Source: an uncultured delta proteobacterium
GTDB lineage: Bacteria; Desulfobacterota; WTBG01; CAIYCZ01
Length of the DNA: 64,000 nt
Assembly: GCA_963803975.1 (NCBI GenBank)
Contig: CAWDOY010000031.1
Coordinates: 8,745 to 72,744, forward strand
Reading direction: 5' to 3'
Position 1 is the first letter of the stretch. Each line of letters opens with the position of its first letter. Both the position numbers and the translations under genes were made by a program. Positions 33,151-43,640 of this stretch are shown here, in pieces. The notes under the pieces were generated by a model, which saw only the letters and a list, made by a program, of their open reading frames with translations, made no database searches and was not told the DNA's origin.

Positions 33151-33433
33151 CGGACGGTGGAAAATCGGGACGGTTACTAAGACGTCGACTCTTCATAACG
33201 AGTTTCAATAATAAGTTATTAAAAGATCAACGGTTCCACTGGGTAACTCTTCATATATCACTAAATAGTAATGACAATGAAGATGTACCTCCACGAGCTC
33301 CGCTTGCAACACGACGGTCAAGTCGCCCAGCATGATACAGGGTATGCGGCAACAGACACACTTGCATGATCGAAGAAAATTGGGGCCAGCCACTTATTGT
33401 TTAGCTCCACAACACTGAGAATAACCAATGCGG

Positions 33434-34420
33434 TTATTTTTTTGTCCTCAAGACCCGGGCAATATCTTCCACCAATTCCTTTGAACCAACGTAGAGAGCC
33501 GTTCTCTGGTGATGTGTCTCCGGTTGAATCTCGAGAATCGGAATTCCCGCTTCATTGACAGCTGTTCCACCCGCTTCGCGGCACATAAAAGCTACCACCG
33601 CGCCTTCGTACATGAGGCGCAGCTTTCCCTCCGGACGGTTCTTTTTTGGGTTTGGGTGATTGACGATGGCCGGGTACATGAACATGCCGCCGTTTGATAG
33701 GATCCTGTGAACATCTCCGGCTAAGGCACCGAGGTACCTGAAGGCATACTTGCTTTCATGCTCCGTGATCCATCTTTGAACTTTTTCAGCATAGGTGAGG
33801 CGGTTGCCTGCATTGAACGATAATTCCCAAGTCCTGGTCTCCTCGGGGAGGACCATTCGAGTCGGCCTGACAAAAGTCATCGTCTCATCGATGTGGAACC
33901 GCCAGGTCCCCGCACCTCTCAGTCCAAACGTGAACGTCCCGGTTGGAATCACAAACATGCCGGCTGCGATAAAATCTTTTCCAGCCCTCAGGTGGCCGTC
34001 CTCAGGGCCTTCCAGATTGCGCTTTGCAATCCCGAATAGAAAACCAACCGGCAGCCCGTGGGGAATATTCGATGAGCCATCCAGGGGGTCAAAATAGATA
34101 AAATAGCGCCCATCAGGATTAATAGAGATGATCTCGTCCGATTCCTCGCTGACCGCATGAATGACCCGTCCCGAAGCCCTCAAGTAATGGATCGTGATTT
34201 CATGCGCGATCTGATCCATACGCATGACGTCCTCACCCTGCACATTGACCTCGCCTGCCAATCCGAGATTTCCTTTCAGGGCACTGGTCAGATAATAGTA
34301 CTGGATATGCTTTGCCGCGCTGATCATTGCATCCATGAGGATCAGGAAATGGTAGGTGCGGTTATACTTCTCCTGATGCTGGATAAGAAAATTCATAAAG
34401 GTTTGCTCAAATCGGATCAT
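33434..34420 (-). CDS. fbp: class 1 fructose-1,6-bisphosphatase
   Basis: NVQGE, SEE, DPLDGSSN, RYLGALAGDVHR and GKLRLMYE. Confidence 0.95.
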   Translation of the reverse strand: MIRFEQTFMNFLIQHQEKYNRTYHFLILMDAMISAAKHIQYYYLTSALKGNLGLAGEVNVQGEDVMRMDQIAHEITIHYLRASGRVIHAVSEESDEIISINPDGRYFIYFDPLDGSSNIPHGLPVGFLFGIAKRNLEGPEDGHLRAGKDFIAAGMFVIPTGTFTFGLRGAGTWRFHIDETMTFVRPTRMVLPEETRTWELSFNAGNRLTYAEKVQRWITEHESKYAFRYLGALAGDVHRILSNGGMFMYPAIVNHPNPKKNRPEGKLRLMYEGAVVAFMCREAGGTAVNEAGIPILEIQPETHHQRTALYVGSKELVEDIARVLRTKK

Positions 34421-34732
34421 TCGATCCCCCTTCTTCTATGCATTCAATGCTTGAGGGTTTTTATTGTATTCCAAAACAGGCGCAGAAACGCCATGGAAGC
34501 CAGCTCTGTATGCTGTGCTCGTAATCTTACCTGGTTTCGTTTTATCGTTAACGTGGATTGTCGCGTATTGGATATCTCATATCATTTTAGTTAAAACACT
34601 TCAACCGCTTCATCACCAGAAGACATTCAATAACAGTAAAATTCCTGCGGCATATTTGCACGGCATGTGCTCTAACTGTAAAAGTGACGCTAATAAAACT
34701 ATACATCTCTGAAACCACAGGGAGGAACTGCT

Positions 34733-35442
34733 ATGGAAGATAGTGCACTGGTTCAGCGGGCGTACACTGCTGTTATTGAGCACTTTATAAAGACCGGCCG
34801 GGCGCCGCACTTTACCGAGCTTGCCGCCATACTTGGTGTGCAGCCCGAGGAGGCCCGGCATCTGCAGCATAAGGCCGCTGACGCATCTCTTCGCCTGCTG
34901 GTTTGTTAAAGACACGGATTACGTCGAGTCCTGGGCGCCGTTTTCCAATGTACCGACCCATTATCTTGATCACCATAAACGGTGTACAGAAGTGGTACGG
35001 ACAGTGAGGACTCGAAGCGCTGGCCGTGCGCTGGCTCTTCCCCGGTACAGAGGTCCGTATCGATACCCGCTGTCTTGATTGCGGGCAGCCGATTTTCGTC
35101 CGCATGAGAGACGATGAAATCCTGGAAGTCAACCCGGCGACGACCGTGGGACATGTGAATATCCCGTTTGCCCGGGTTTTAACGGGAGAAGTAACCTGGG
35201 GCCAGGCTTGAAGCCGCATGAACCTCTTCCGGTCGGAAGAGCATGTGAAAAGCTGTCCCAGGTATGATTCCATCTCAGCTGAGTCCATCATGCCGCTGTC
35301 CAGCTGGGCGCAGGCCTTCAGCGGGCCCCTGCACAGGAATCGCCTGGAGCCGGACTATCTATCCCGCGTGCAGGACTACGCATCCGAAATGTTTCTATTG
35401 TTAAAAAAGCTGGGCAAGGCAGGTCCTTTCTGGACCCCGTAA
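34733..35442 (+). CDS. MerB (organomercurial lyase)-like selenoprotein with two predicted Sec residues; two indels near 34890 and 34968
   Basis: N-terminal helix-turn-helix (TGRAPHFTELA), WAPFSNVPT, KWYGQ-TGA-GLEALAV, CLDCGQPI and WGQA-TGA-SRMNLFRSEEHV. TGAs at 35005 and 35209 share a frame with downstream coding. Confidence 0.8.
35224..35241 (+). promoter_or_regulatory. SECIS-like hairpin
   Basis: CTCTTCC-GGTC-GGAAGAG starting 12 nt after TGA 35209-35211. Confidence 0.7.
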
Positions 35443-35467
35443 AGAATTCAGGACAATTGTAATTAAC

Positions 35468-35500
35468 AAAAAAACGGGGACTTCGGTCCCCTTTTTTATT
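35468..35500 (+). terminator. rho-independent terminator
   Basis: GGGGAC-TTCG-GTCCCC followed by TTTTTT. Confidence 0.8.
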
Positions 35501-35646
35501 TGCAGAGGCAGTCTTATTTCCCTCTTAAACAGCACCGGGCGATGTGTTATACATACAGGTAAATTTAAGACGGCTTCTGCTGTATTATAACTTTCTGTTA
35601 TAGGTATCCCCATCACCACATCAACATCCATCAAAGAGGAGGGAAC

Positions 35647-36415
35647 GTGAAAACACATAATGAAAACGGCAACATTACTGTCGCGGCAATTATTGCAGGA
35701 TTGTGTCTGCTCATCGGGCTTGCCCTTGGCGGGTACTTTATCGGCCTGGGTGGTGCCCGCTTTAAATCCGATATCCGGACCGTTACGGTCAAGGGACTGG
35801 TGGAAAAAGAGGTTAAGGCGGACCAGGCGATCTGGACGCTTCGCTTCAGGAGGGCAAGCGAAGACCTGAAAGACGCCCACGACCAGGATCGTTTCCGACC
35901 GGGACGCTGCAATCGCTTTCCTCAAGAATCAGGGATTCAAGGATGAGGAGATAGGCCGCCAGCCCACGCGCACGATTGACAAACTCGCCCGCGAGTATGG
36001 TCAATCCCAGGGAACCGAACCAATGCGTTATCTTGTCACCGCTGCTCTTGTCGTGACCACCCCGAACGTCGACCTCGTGACCAAAGCCGTGGGTGCGACT
36101 GAAGAGCTTCTCAAGTCCGGGGTAATCCTGGACGGCCAGCAGGAGGGCGGCACTGCCAATCCCCGTTATACCGTCACGACCTTTAACGCCCTCAGGCCGC
36201 AGCTGCTCGCCGACGCCACGAAGAATGCGCGCATGACGGCGCAGCAGTTTGCCGCTGATTCCGGCGCGCAGGTCGGCAGGATTCGTTCTGCCAACCAGGG
36301 TGCGATCCAGATTTTCGGCAGCGACGGAAACGATGAGTCTGCCCCCTACAGCCCGACCAGTACGCCGATGAAGAAAATACGGGTTGTCAGCACGTTTGAA
36401 TTTGAACTGAGGTAA
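35647..36415 (+). CDS. SIMPL (DUF541) domain protein, frameshift near 35890
   Basis: N-terminal TM, RTVTVKGLVEKEVKAD, ATKNAR..AQQFA, IRSANQG and KKIRVVST. Confidence 0.88.
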
Positions 36416-36548
36416 CTGCAACCAGATACCGATGCTGAAAAAGGGAAACTATGAACCACAGACCACGGAGAAATACTCTGTGTTCCCGATTACTATCGGG
36501 ACTGTGGTTAATTCGACAATACTTCATTACCCAAAGGGATGGTGCAAC

Positions 36549-37170
36549 ATGAATAATTCTACGTTCAAAGAAATTACCGCTTCAATCGCTGTTCTGCTGG
36601 CAGCGACATGCTGGCTGTTTGCCGGCGCAGCCCGTGCGGAGGGCCCCTCGTTTGACTGCGGCAAAGTGGAGGCCGGCAGCATCGAAGAGATGGTCTGCAA
36701 GGACAAGGGGCTGGCAGCGCTGGACCGCAAACTTGCCGAAGTATATGCTGCGGCTGCTAAAAAAGCGGTGAACGAGCATCCGCCCGTGCTCAAGGCAGAG
36801 CAGCGCGGCTGGATCAAGGGGCGAAACGACTGCTGGAAGAGCGCTGACCGGCGCAAATGTGTCGCGGACAATTATCGCTCTTCGCATTACTGAACTGCAG
36901 GCGAAGTATCGTCTGGTTCCGGCCACCGGTCCCGTCACCTGGGCCTGCGACGGCGATCCGAAAAACGAGGTAGTCGTCACCTTTTTCAAGACTGATCCGC
37001 CGACACTGATCGCGGAGCGCGGCGACCAGGTGTCGCTGATGTACCTCCAGCCGGCCGCCAGCGGCGCCAGATACCAGGGCCCGAACGAATCTTTTTGGGA
37101 ACACCAGGGTGAAGCCACCATAACGTGGGGGTACGGCGCCCCGGAGATGCGCTGTACGAAAAAGCGCTGA
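36549..37170 (+). CDS. secreted LprI (DUF1311) + MliC-type lysozyme inhibitor fusion, frameshift near 36880
   Basis: GPSFDC, LAALDRKL and EQRGWIKGRNDC, then AASGARY...FWEHQGEA. Confidence 0.85.
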
Positions 37171-37289
37171 GAGCGGGATGGATAGGAAGAAGAGGCATAG
37201 AGGACGATTAAAAAATATGGACAGCAAGCTCTCTATTTTAGCGATAAAGACCGGATCCTGTGCTCTCGAACGCTGCGAAGCCATTTTCA

Positions 37290-37318
37290 TTGACACGCAA
37301 TCGCTCTCTGCCTATACT
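37290..37318 (+). promoter_or_regulatory. sigma70-type promoter
   Basis: TTGACA, 17-nt spacer, TATACT upstream of the DedA gene. Confidence 0.65.
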
Positions 37319-37359
37319 GCCCCCATCTCGAAAGCGAGTCCCTGTACATCAATCCGGAT

Positions 37360-37995
37360 ATGGAGAGTTTTCTGGAGCAGCTGTTTAACACCGCAGTATC
37401 ATTTGCCGATAACCCTTTCGCATTTTTCACTTTTTTATTTCTTGCCGGGTTCGCAAACTTCTTTTTCCCGATTGTCCCGATAGAATTAGTCACCGTGTTT
37501 TGCGGATACCTTGTTTCGCAGGGGCACAGCTCGCTTGTGCCGGTAATAGCAGCCCCAACGCTCGGCATGTTCGCGGGAAGCGTTATTTGTTACCGTATTG
37601 CGCGATACTTTGGCGCTCCGATACTGAAAAAACCTTTCTTTGCCCGTTATATCACCGATGATGCGTTAGCCCGCACCAGGCACTGGCTTGAAAAATACGG
37701 GGCAGTGTCGCTGTTCTTCTCAAAGTTCGTTCCGGGCGTATATTTATGCGCCGTGGTTTCAAGCGGCATCCTTGCCCTGAAGGAAACCAGGATATATACG
37801 GCGTTCCTGCTTGCAAACCTTGCGCTCTTTATGCTGCTTGCTTTTATCGGAAAGATCGGCGGCGAACGATGGCGCGAGGTTTATGCCGCTGTCGGAAAAA
37901 CAGGCGCACTGGTGATTATCTCGACTCTGCTTCTGTTCATGTTTATTTCTATCGCAGTGAAAGTAACCCGCAAAATAAAGCAAAAAAGCCCCTGA
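37360..37995 (+). CDS. DedA family membrane protein
   Basis: FFPIVPIE..GYL, GMFAGS..Y..ARYFG and YGAVSLFFSKFVPG. Confidence 0.85.
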   Translation: MESFLEQLFNTAVSFADNPFAFFTFLFLAGFANFFFPIVPIELVTVFCGYLVSQGHSSLVPVIAAPTLGMFAGSVICYRIARYFGAPILKKPFFARYITDDALARTRHWLEKYGAVSLFFSKFVPGVYLCAVVSSGILALKETRIYTAFLLANLALFMLLAFIGKIGGERWREVYAAVGKTGALVIISTLLLFMFISIAVKVTRKIKQKSP

Positions 37996-38217
37996 GATTT
38001 TTAACCCTATCTGGAACTCAGGAACTCAAGAATTTTACGTCTCCCTTGCCATTTCCAAAACGGGCAGTTATCTGAAGCCTGTCCGTCTTGAACGCCTCCC
38101 TTAAAAAAACCCGCTCTGCTGTAAAAGAAGCCTTATTTTCTTCTTAAACTTAAAGGGCGAGGTGTGTTATAAACCACCTATCTAAGATAGTTTTTTATAT
38201 TCAGAGGAGTTTATCTC

Positions 38218-39264
38218 ATGACAAAAAAGGATAAAATACAGCTCACGCATTTTTCCCACAAGGCCGGGTGAGCGTCAAAACTTGGTCCAGGGGTCCTGGA
38301 CAACATATTATGCGGGCTGCCGCTGGTGAAAAATCCTAACCTCATCGTGGGGCTTGAAAACCCGGATGACGCGGGTGTGTATAAACTGACTGACGATATC
38401 GCCATCGTGCAGACGGTTGATTTTTTCACGCCCATTGTTGACGACCCGTTTACCTTCGGCCAGATCGCGGCAGCCAATTCCCTGAGCGATATTTATGCCA
38501 TGGGCGGAAAACCCGTCACCGCGATGAACATCGTATCGTTCCCGCTGAATAAACTTGATATAGGCATCCTCAAGGATATCCTGCGCGGCGGTCTGGAAAA
38601 GCTTAAGGAAGCTGACGTGGTGCTGGTCGGCGGGCACAGCATTGACGACCCGGAGCTGAAATACGGGCTTTCAGTCACCGGAATTATTCATCCGCAGAAG
38701 GTTCTGGCCAAGCAGGGCGCGCAGGCCGGCGATGTCCTTATCCTGACGAAGCCGCTCGGCACGGGAATTATCTCTACTGCCCTGAAAGGTGAAACGGCAA
38801 GTGCGGCCGCGGTGAAGAAGATGGTTGCAAGCATGACCACCTTGAACCGCAAAGCAGCGGAAATCATACAGGACATCGGCGTGCATGCCTGCACGGATAT
38901 AACCGGCTTCGGCCTTATCGGCCATGCGTATGAGATGGCGAAGGCAGGGGGTTGCGCTTTCTGTTTTAACAGCGCAGCAGTTCCGGTATTTCCTGAGGCC
39001 CTTGAATATGCCCGCATGGGGCTGGTGCCGGGCGGCAGTCATTCCAATCGCAGCTTTTATGAACCGTTTGTTGAATACCGCGAGGCAGTGAGCGATGAGC
39101 TGCGCGATATCCTCTACGATCCCCAGACATCAGGCGGGTTGCTTTTTTCTGTTGCGGAAAATAAAAAGGATGCCCTGCTGAAAAAGTTTAGAAAGGAAAA
39201 AGTTGACGCTTTCGTGGTGGGCAGGGTGGAAAATAAGCCGAAGGGCAGAATTATAATAGAGTAA
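38218..39264 (+). CDS. selD: selenide, water dikinase, Sec-containing
   Basis: ATG 38218 after GAGGAG, then LTHFSHKAG-TGA(38269)-ASKLGP in frame with DDAGVY, TVDFFTP, ANSLSDIYAMGG, DITGFGL and DPQTSGGLL. Confidence 0.96.
38285..38301 (+). promoter_or_regulatory. SECIS-like hairpin of selD
   Basis: GTCCAGG-GGT-CCTGGAC starting 13 nt after the TGA. Confidence 0.7.
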
Positions 39265-39399
39265 TGAGTAACGAGTGCTGATGTAACATGAGCGACGAGT
39301 AAATACATATGCAATTATAGACAGTAACGAGTGCTGAGTGAAAGTAAATTCACTTTAACTTTTAAGTGAAGAGCATGAGGCCGACCAAATGATGCAGGC

Positions 39400-39795
39400 A
39401 TGCTTCTTCAGAAGGACCATGTAATTGCCTGGCAGAAAGTTCGCTGATGAATATGACCAAAGCATGAGTTATAAAATGACTGAGAGACGGAAAGTTTCAG
39501 CCAGGATGATTTTGGCATTGCGGGATCAACTGAGGCGAGCTGCTGTGTCAGTTATGTCCAATACTATCAGAGGGTTCTGAAAGAATGGGCATAGACAGAT
39601 ATTCCAGTCAGTTCTTAGCTGATAGCAAAGGCAAATCATGCGCTGAACTCCGTTCCCAGTCTTTATACTTGCTCATGAAATTGGTTATCATCAGCTCAGG
39701 AACAGTTTGCCAGGCAAATACATCGGCAAACTTGCTGAAGATGTAGAAGCCACATCATAGGCGCGACTCAGAGCTTCATTGAAAAGGTAGCTGAT
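39400..39795 (+). pseudogene. heavily garbled four-helix-bundle (23S rRNA IVP-like) gene flanked by inverted short repeats
   Basis: Fragments IAWQK, LRDQLRRAAVSVMSN, SCAELRSQ and LAHEIGY. Flanks GAGTAACGAGTGCTGA (39267) and TCAGCACTCGTTACTC (39811-39826). Confidence 0.7.
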
Positions 39796-39837
39796 AAAAA
39801 TAACTCGTACTCAGCACTCGTTACTCAGCACTTTACT

Positions 39838-40852
39838 TCAGATAATCAGCTCCTCTGTCAGCCCTGGAGCGCACGGCAGCGCAGAGATTTTATCTGATTT
39901 CTCATTTTGCAAAACATTGATCTCAACCGCGGTACCGGCAGGCGCGTCGCTGTAGCGGGCGCAGATGGAAGCGGCGAGCATAAGAAGCTCCGGGCTCAAA
40001 GGGCTGCCTGATTCCAGCGCTGGAATGAGAACAGCCGGCCCCGGGATTTCTTCAGGCGCAATGAGAATGTCTCCCGGTCTGCGCAGTTCCTCAATTTTAT
40101 TATTCTCCAGTTCGTTTCTCCCCACGATGCATTTGACCTTTTCACTGAGCCGTACGTGACGGCCGACCTTCAGCAGTTCTATATCGCGCACCGAGAAATT
40201 CTCATTTATGCTGCATCAGGTCTTTGAGGCGCTTGCTGAAGTTGGGCTCGGTCAGCCTGCAGCCGCCGGCGGGCTCCGGGAATTCCGTGATGCCATATTT
40301 GCGGGCGAGTTCCATCTGGGGTTTTCGGGACCGGCCCTGGATGTCCAGCAGCCGCTCACGGTCAACCTTTCCCTCAAGCTCAGGTCTGGTCATGGGCAGA
40401 AGCTTTGCGCTTAAGGGGCGGAGAATATATTCCTCATAGCCTGATTCCCTGGCCACAATCTTCAGGGAGTTTTTATTCTGTGACATGGGGCGCTCGCCGA
40501 GCACTTCGCCGGAGAAGAGAAAATCAGCATTCCACTCCCGCATGCGCTTTCCCGCCTCCTGAAACATCAGCGCGTGGCAGTCGATGCAGGGGTTCATAGC
40601 GCTGCCGTAGCCGTGTTTGGGGTGCTTGAGCATCTCCAGATGGGCTTCGGTAAAATCAATGACATGCAGGGGGACTTTGAGCATAGCCGCGGCCTTCTGC
40701 GCGTTCTCCGGCCCGAAAAAGGGCGTGATAAAGGCCGCTGCCTCAATATGTATATTCTGATCTCTGAGAACACGGATTGCCAGTATGCTGTCGAGACCGC
40801 CTGATAAAAGGCCGATGCCAATCGATTTCGGAGTAACCTGTTGCGCCGTCAT
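39838..40852 (-). CDS. ThiI/MnmA-like PP-loop tRNA thiolation protein with C-terminal DUF814-like domain, frameshift near 40200
   Basis: LLSGGLDS, NPCIDCH, GEVLGERPMSQ, LRPLSAK and PAGGCRLT, then KVGRH...VGRNELEN. Confidence 0.85.
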
Positions 40853-40886
40853 GTATAGCAGCTCCAGAATAGATATTTGTGTTTAG

Positions 40887-41038
40887 CAGGCTGTTGAAAA
40901 ACACCCATCTGCTGCGTTACGCTCATCCTTCGTCATTGCGACGTACCGAAAAAGTACGCCTCATTCCTCAGGATTTCGCGTGCCTTGCATTTAGATGTTT
41001 TTGACCAGCCTGAAAAAGACTGCTTTTTCAACAACCTG
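40887..41038 (+). mobile_element. MITE-like element, copy 3, with TTAG direct repeats
   Basis: Same terminal inverted repeats as 3165-3315. TTAG at 40883-40886 and 41039-41042. Confidence 0.85.
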
Positions 41039-41212
41039 TTAGAAATGAAAGGGTTAGCGGTAAAAGTGTTATTGTACTATGAACTGCCGGAACTATTATA
41101 GCTTATTTATACACATAATGCCCTGTTTTGAAGGTTTTTCACGCGCATATTTTTAAATGAAAAAACAGGAGAAAAAAAGTTCTTGACTGCGTTCCTGAAA
41201 ATAACTATAAAT

Positions 41213-41230
41213 AAACCGACCGGTCAGTAT
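41213..41230. promoter_or_regulatory. putative TetR operator
   Basis: AACCGACCGGTCAGTAT imperfect palindrome. A related site GCTGACTGGTCAGTA lies at 41883-41897. Confidence 0.55.
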
Positions 41231-41248
41231 AGTAATAACAGCATCACC

Positions 41249-41851
41249 ATGGCAATGAAACAAAAGAAAGACACAGACAATAGAAAAGAACAGATACTGG
41301 AGGCTGCCCTGATTTGCTTCAACAAGGGCGGCTATTATAAAACCAGTATTGATGATATTGCGGCAAAGGCCAAAATAAGCAAAGGCGGCATCTATTATCA
41401 TTTTAACTCCAAGGACGAGCTGTTCCTGGAACTGTTTGATTTCAAGGTGAACAGATATTTTGAACAGCTCAAGATGTACGTGCAGACAAAAAAAGATCCG
41501 GCGGAGCGGCTGCTCGCTCTGGCAAAAAGAACCGGCGATGTACTTAAAGAAAACAGTGATTTTTTCAAGTTCTGCCTGGAATTTCTATCAATGGGAGTCA
41601 GGGAGCCTGGTATCCGCAAGGGCATGACCCATTTTTACAAGAACACGGTTAAAACCTTTATCGACATTATTAACGATGGTATTGCCAGCGGCGGACTGAA
41701 GAAGATGAACCCGGAGAAGACCGCCCGTGTGATGTATTTTCTCTTTATGGGTACTTTTTTCACCTATTTCTCGACCAATATTGATTTTGATCTTATTGAC
41801 CAGGAAACGTTTAACATGGAAGCCTTGCTGAAAGGCATTCAGGCAGACTGA
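41249..41851 (+). CDS. TetR/AcrR family regulator
   Basis: KEQILEAAL..F..GYYKTSIDDIA...SKGGIYYHFNSKDELF. Confidence 0.93.
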   Translation: MAMKQKKDTDNRKEQILEAALICFNKGGYYKTSIDDIAAKAKISKGGIYYHFNSKDELFLELFDFKVNRYFEQLKMYVQTKKDPAERLLALAKRTGDVLKENSDFFKFCLEFLSMGVREPGIRKGMTHFYKNTVKTFIDIINDGIASGGLKKMNPEKTARVMYFLFMGTFFTYFSTNIDFDLIDQETFNMEALLKGIQAD

Positions 41852-41870
41852 GTTTTATAAAATAAATATG

Positions 41871-41908
41871 GCCGGAGAGTATGCTGACTGGTCAGTACAC
41901 TCTCCGGC
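41871..41908 (+). promoter_or_regulatory. long hairpin containing a putative TetR operator
   Basis: GCCGGAGAGT-ATGCTGACTGGTCAGTAC-ACTCTCCGGC. Confidence 0.5.
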
Positions 41909-41946
41909 ACACGACACAACAGAACAGTTAACGCAGGAGAGGGCAT

Positions 41947-43508
41947 ATGAGCTTACCAAAGGGAGCATACCAGGCACTGGAAGACGCGCTGGGAGCGCGA
42001 TACGTGTGCGATGAGCCGGCGGTTACCAGCGCTTACAGTTACATGTGGCTTATTTACAGCACCCATGCGCAGTCAGGGCGGTACCGGCCTGCTGCGGTGG
42101 CGCTGCCCGGAAGCACCGAGGACGTGCAGACCATCATAAAAATCGCCAACCGCTATAAATTCAATTACATCCCGGTGGGCACCAATCTGCTTCCCCCCAC
42201 CATTCCGGTCCGGCCGGATACGGTCATTATCGACCCGAAGCGGATGGACAAAATCATCGAAATTGATCAGAAGAATATGTACGCAGTGGTTCAGCCGTAT
42301 GTAACCTATGCTCAGCTTCAGGCCGAGGTGATGAAACTGGGGCTGACCATCACGGTTGCCGAGGCTGGCTCCCAGGTTTCAGTGCTGGCAAACAACATGT
42401 TTCAGGGCATGGGCGGCACCGGGCACAAGTTCGGCTATAACCGGGGTGTGCTGGGATGCGACTGGATACTGCCCAACGGCGACCTGCTGCATCTGGGCTC
42501 GCGCGGCAACGCCGGCGGCGAATGGTTCTGGGGCGACTGCGCCGGGATGAATCTGAAAGGGCCTGCTGCGCGGCGACTCGGGCCACTGCGGCGGGCTGGG
42601 CATGGTGACGGCCATGGCGGTCAAGCTCTTCCCCTATCCGGGACCGCCGGTATTTCCGGTGAAGGGAAAAAATCCGAATTTCACCGCGGAGTTCCCGCAT
42701 GACCGGTTCAGGCTGAACCTGATTAAATTCCCTGAGCGGAAAAAGCTGATCGATGCCATGTATGAGATCGGCCACGCTGAAATCGCAGCAGCTGTGCATG
42801 AGGAGCCGGCAAGCATGATTCTCTCCTATGCCTCTCCGTCTGTTGAGTATTTCTGGGAGCGCTGGCCGGAGTTCCAGAAGCAGTGGCGCAATGTGATGTC
42901 AGTCGTGCTCATCGGGTTTTCTTCTTCACGCCAGGTGGAATACGAGCAGAAGGTGCTTGACGCAATTGTCAGCCGAGCTGGGCGGTGAATACATCCGCGA
43001 AGGCTCGGAGCTGTGGAAGACCGCGGAAGACAACCTGGGCGAAAACTTAAGGACCGGCTCTTCCAACCGTTTGTTCCGCATCGCCGGCGACTTCTTTGTC
43101 ATCGGCGGGTTCAGCTTCGACTCCATTGACCAGAGCTACAAGATGAGCGAGGAGTACATGTGGCCGCTCATCGAGGAGGCGCAGAAAAAGGGCCATTTCG
43201 TCGAGGACGACACCCACAACGACTGGCTCAACTCCTACCAGCTCGGGCAGATTTCCGAGACCGAGCCGCTCATCTATTTCGAGCACGACCTTGAGGCGGG
43301 CGCCTCTTTTATCAACGGCTATGTCCAGACTATCGTCGAAGCAGTGAAGCGCAAAATGTCCCCCACCTGGCCGCTGGGCCCCATGAACTACATTGCCGGC
43401 CCGCACCGCTGCAACTACCATGAGCTGGTGCTGAAAATAAAGAAGACGCTTGACCCGCGTCTGACCTCCAATCCCGATTATCCGGTGCCGCAGCAGCCTC
43501 CGGGTTAA
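41947..43508 (+). CDS. FAD-linked oxidoreductase (VAO/GlcD-type fold), frameshifts near 42560 and 42975
   Basis: PAAVALPGSTEDVQ, KRMDKIIEID, VQPYVTYAQL, LPNGDLLHLG and C-terminal KKTLDP..SNP. Confidence 0.85.
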
Positions 43509-43640
43509 ACACCGCGGAGGGCGCAGAGAAATGCAGATAAGATCTGGACTCAGGAAATCGAAAAATAAATATTGTCCCTTTATGAGCAAAGTCCAGATTC
43601 AATAAAATAATTCTGGTTAATGAAAAAAAGGAGATTACCA

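Noticed and set aside
34464..34712. 82-aa ORF with one hydrophobic segment upstream of the MerB-like gene
   Set aside because: TTG start without a clear RBS and no recognisable family. It may be a fragment but cannot be supported.
39400..39795. Avd-like four-helix bundle as a sign of a diversity-generating retroelement
   Set aside because: No reverse transcriptase and no template/variable repeat pair differing at adenines were seen.
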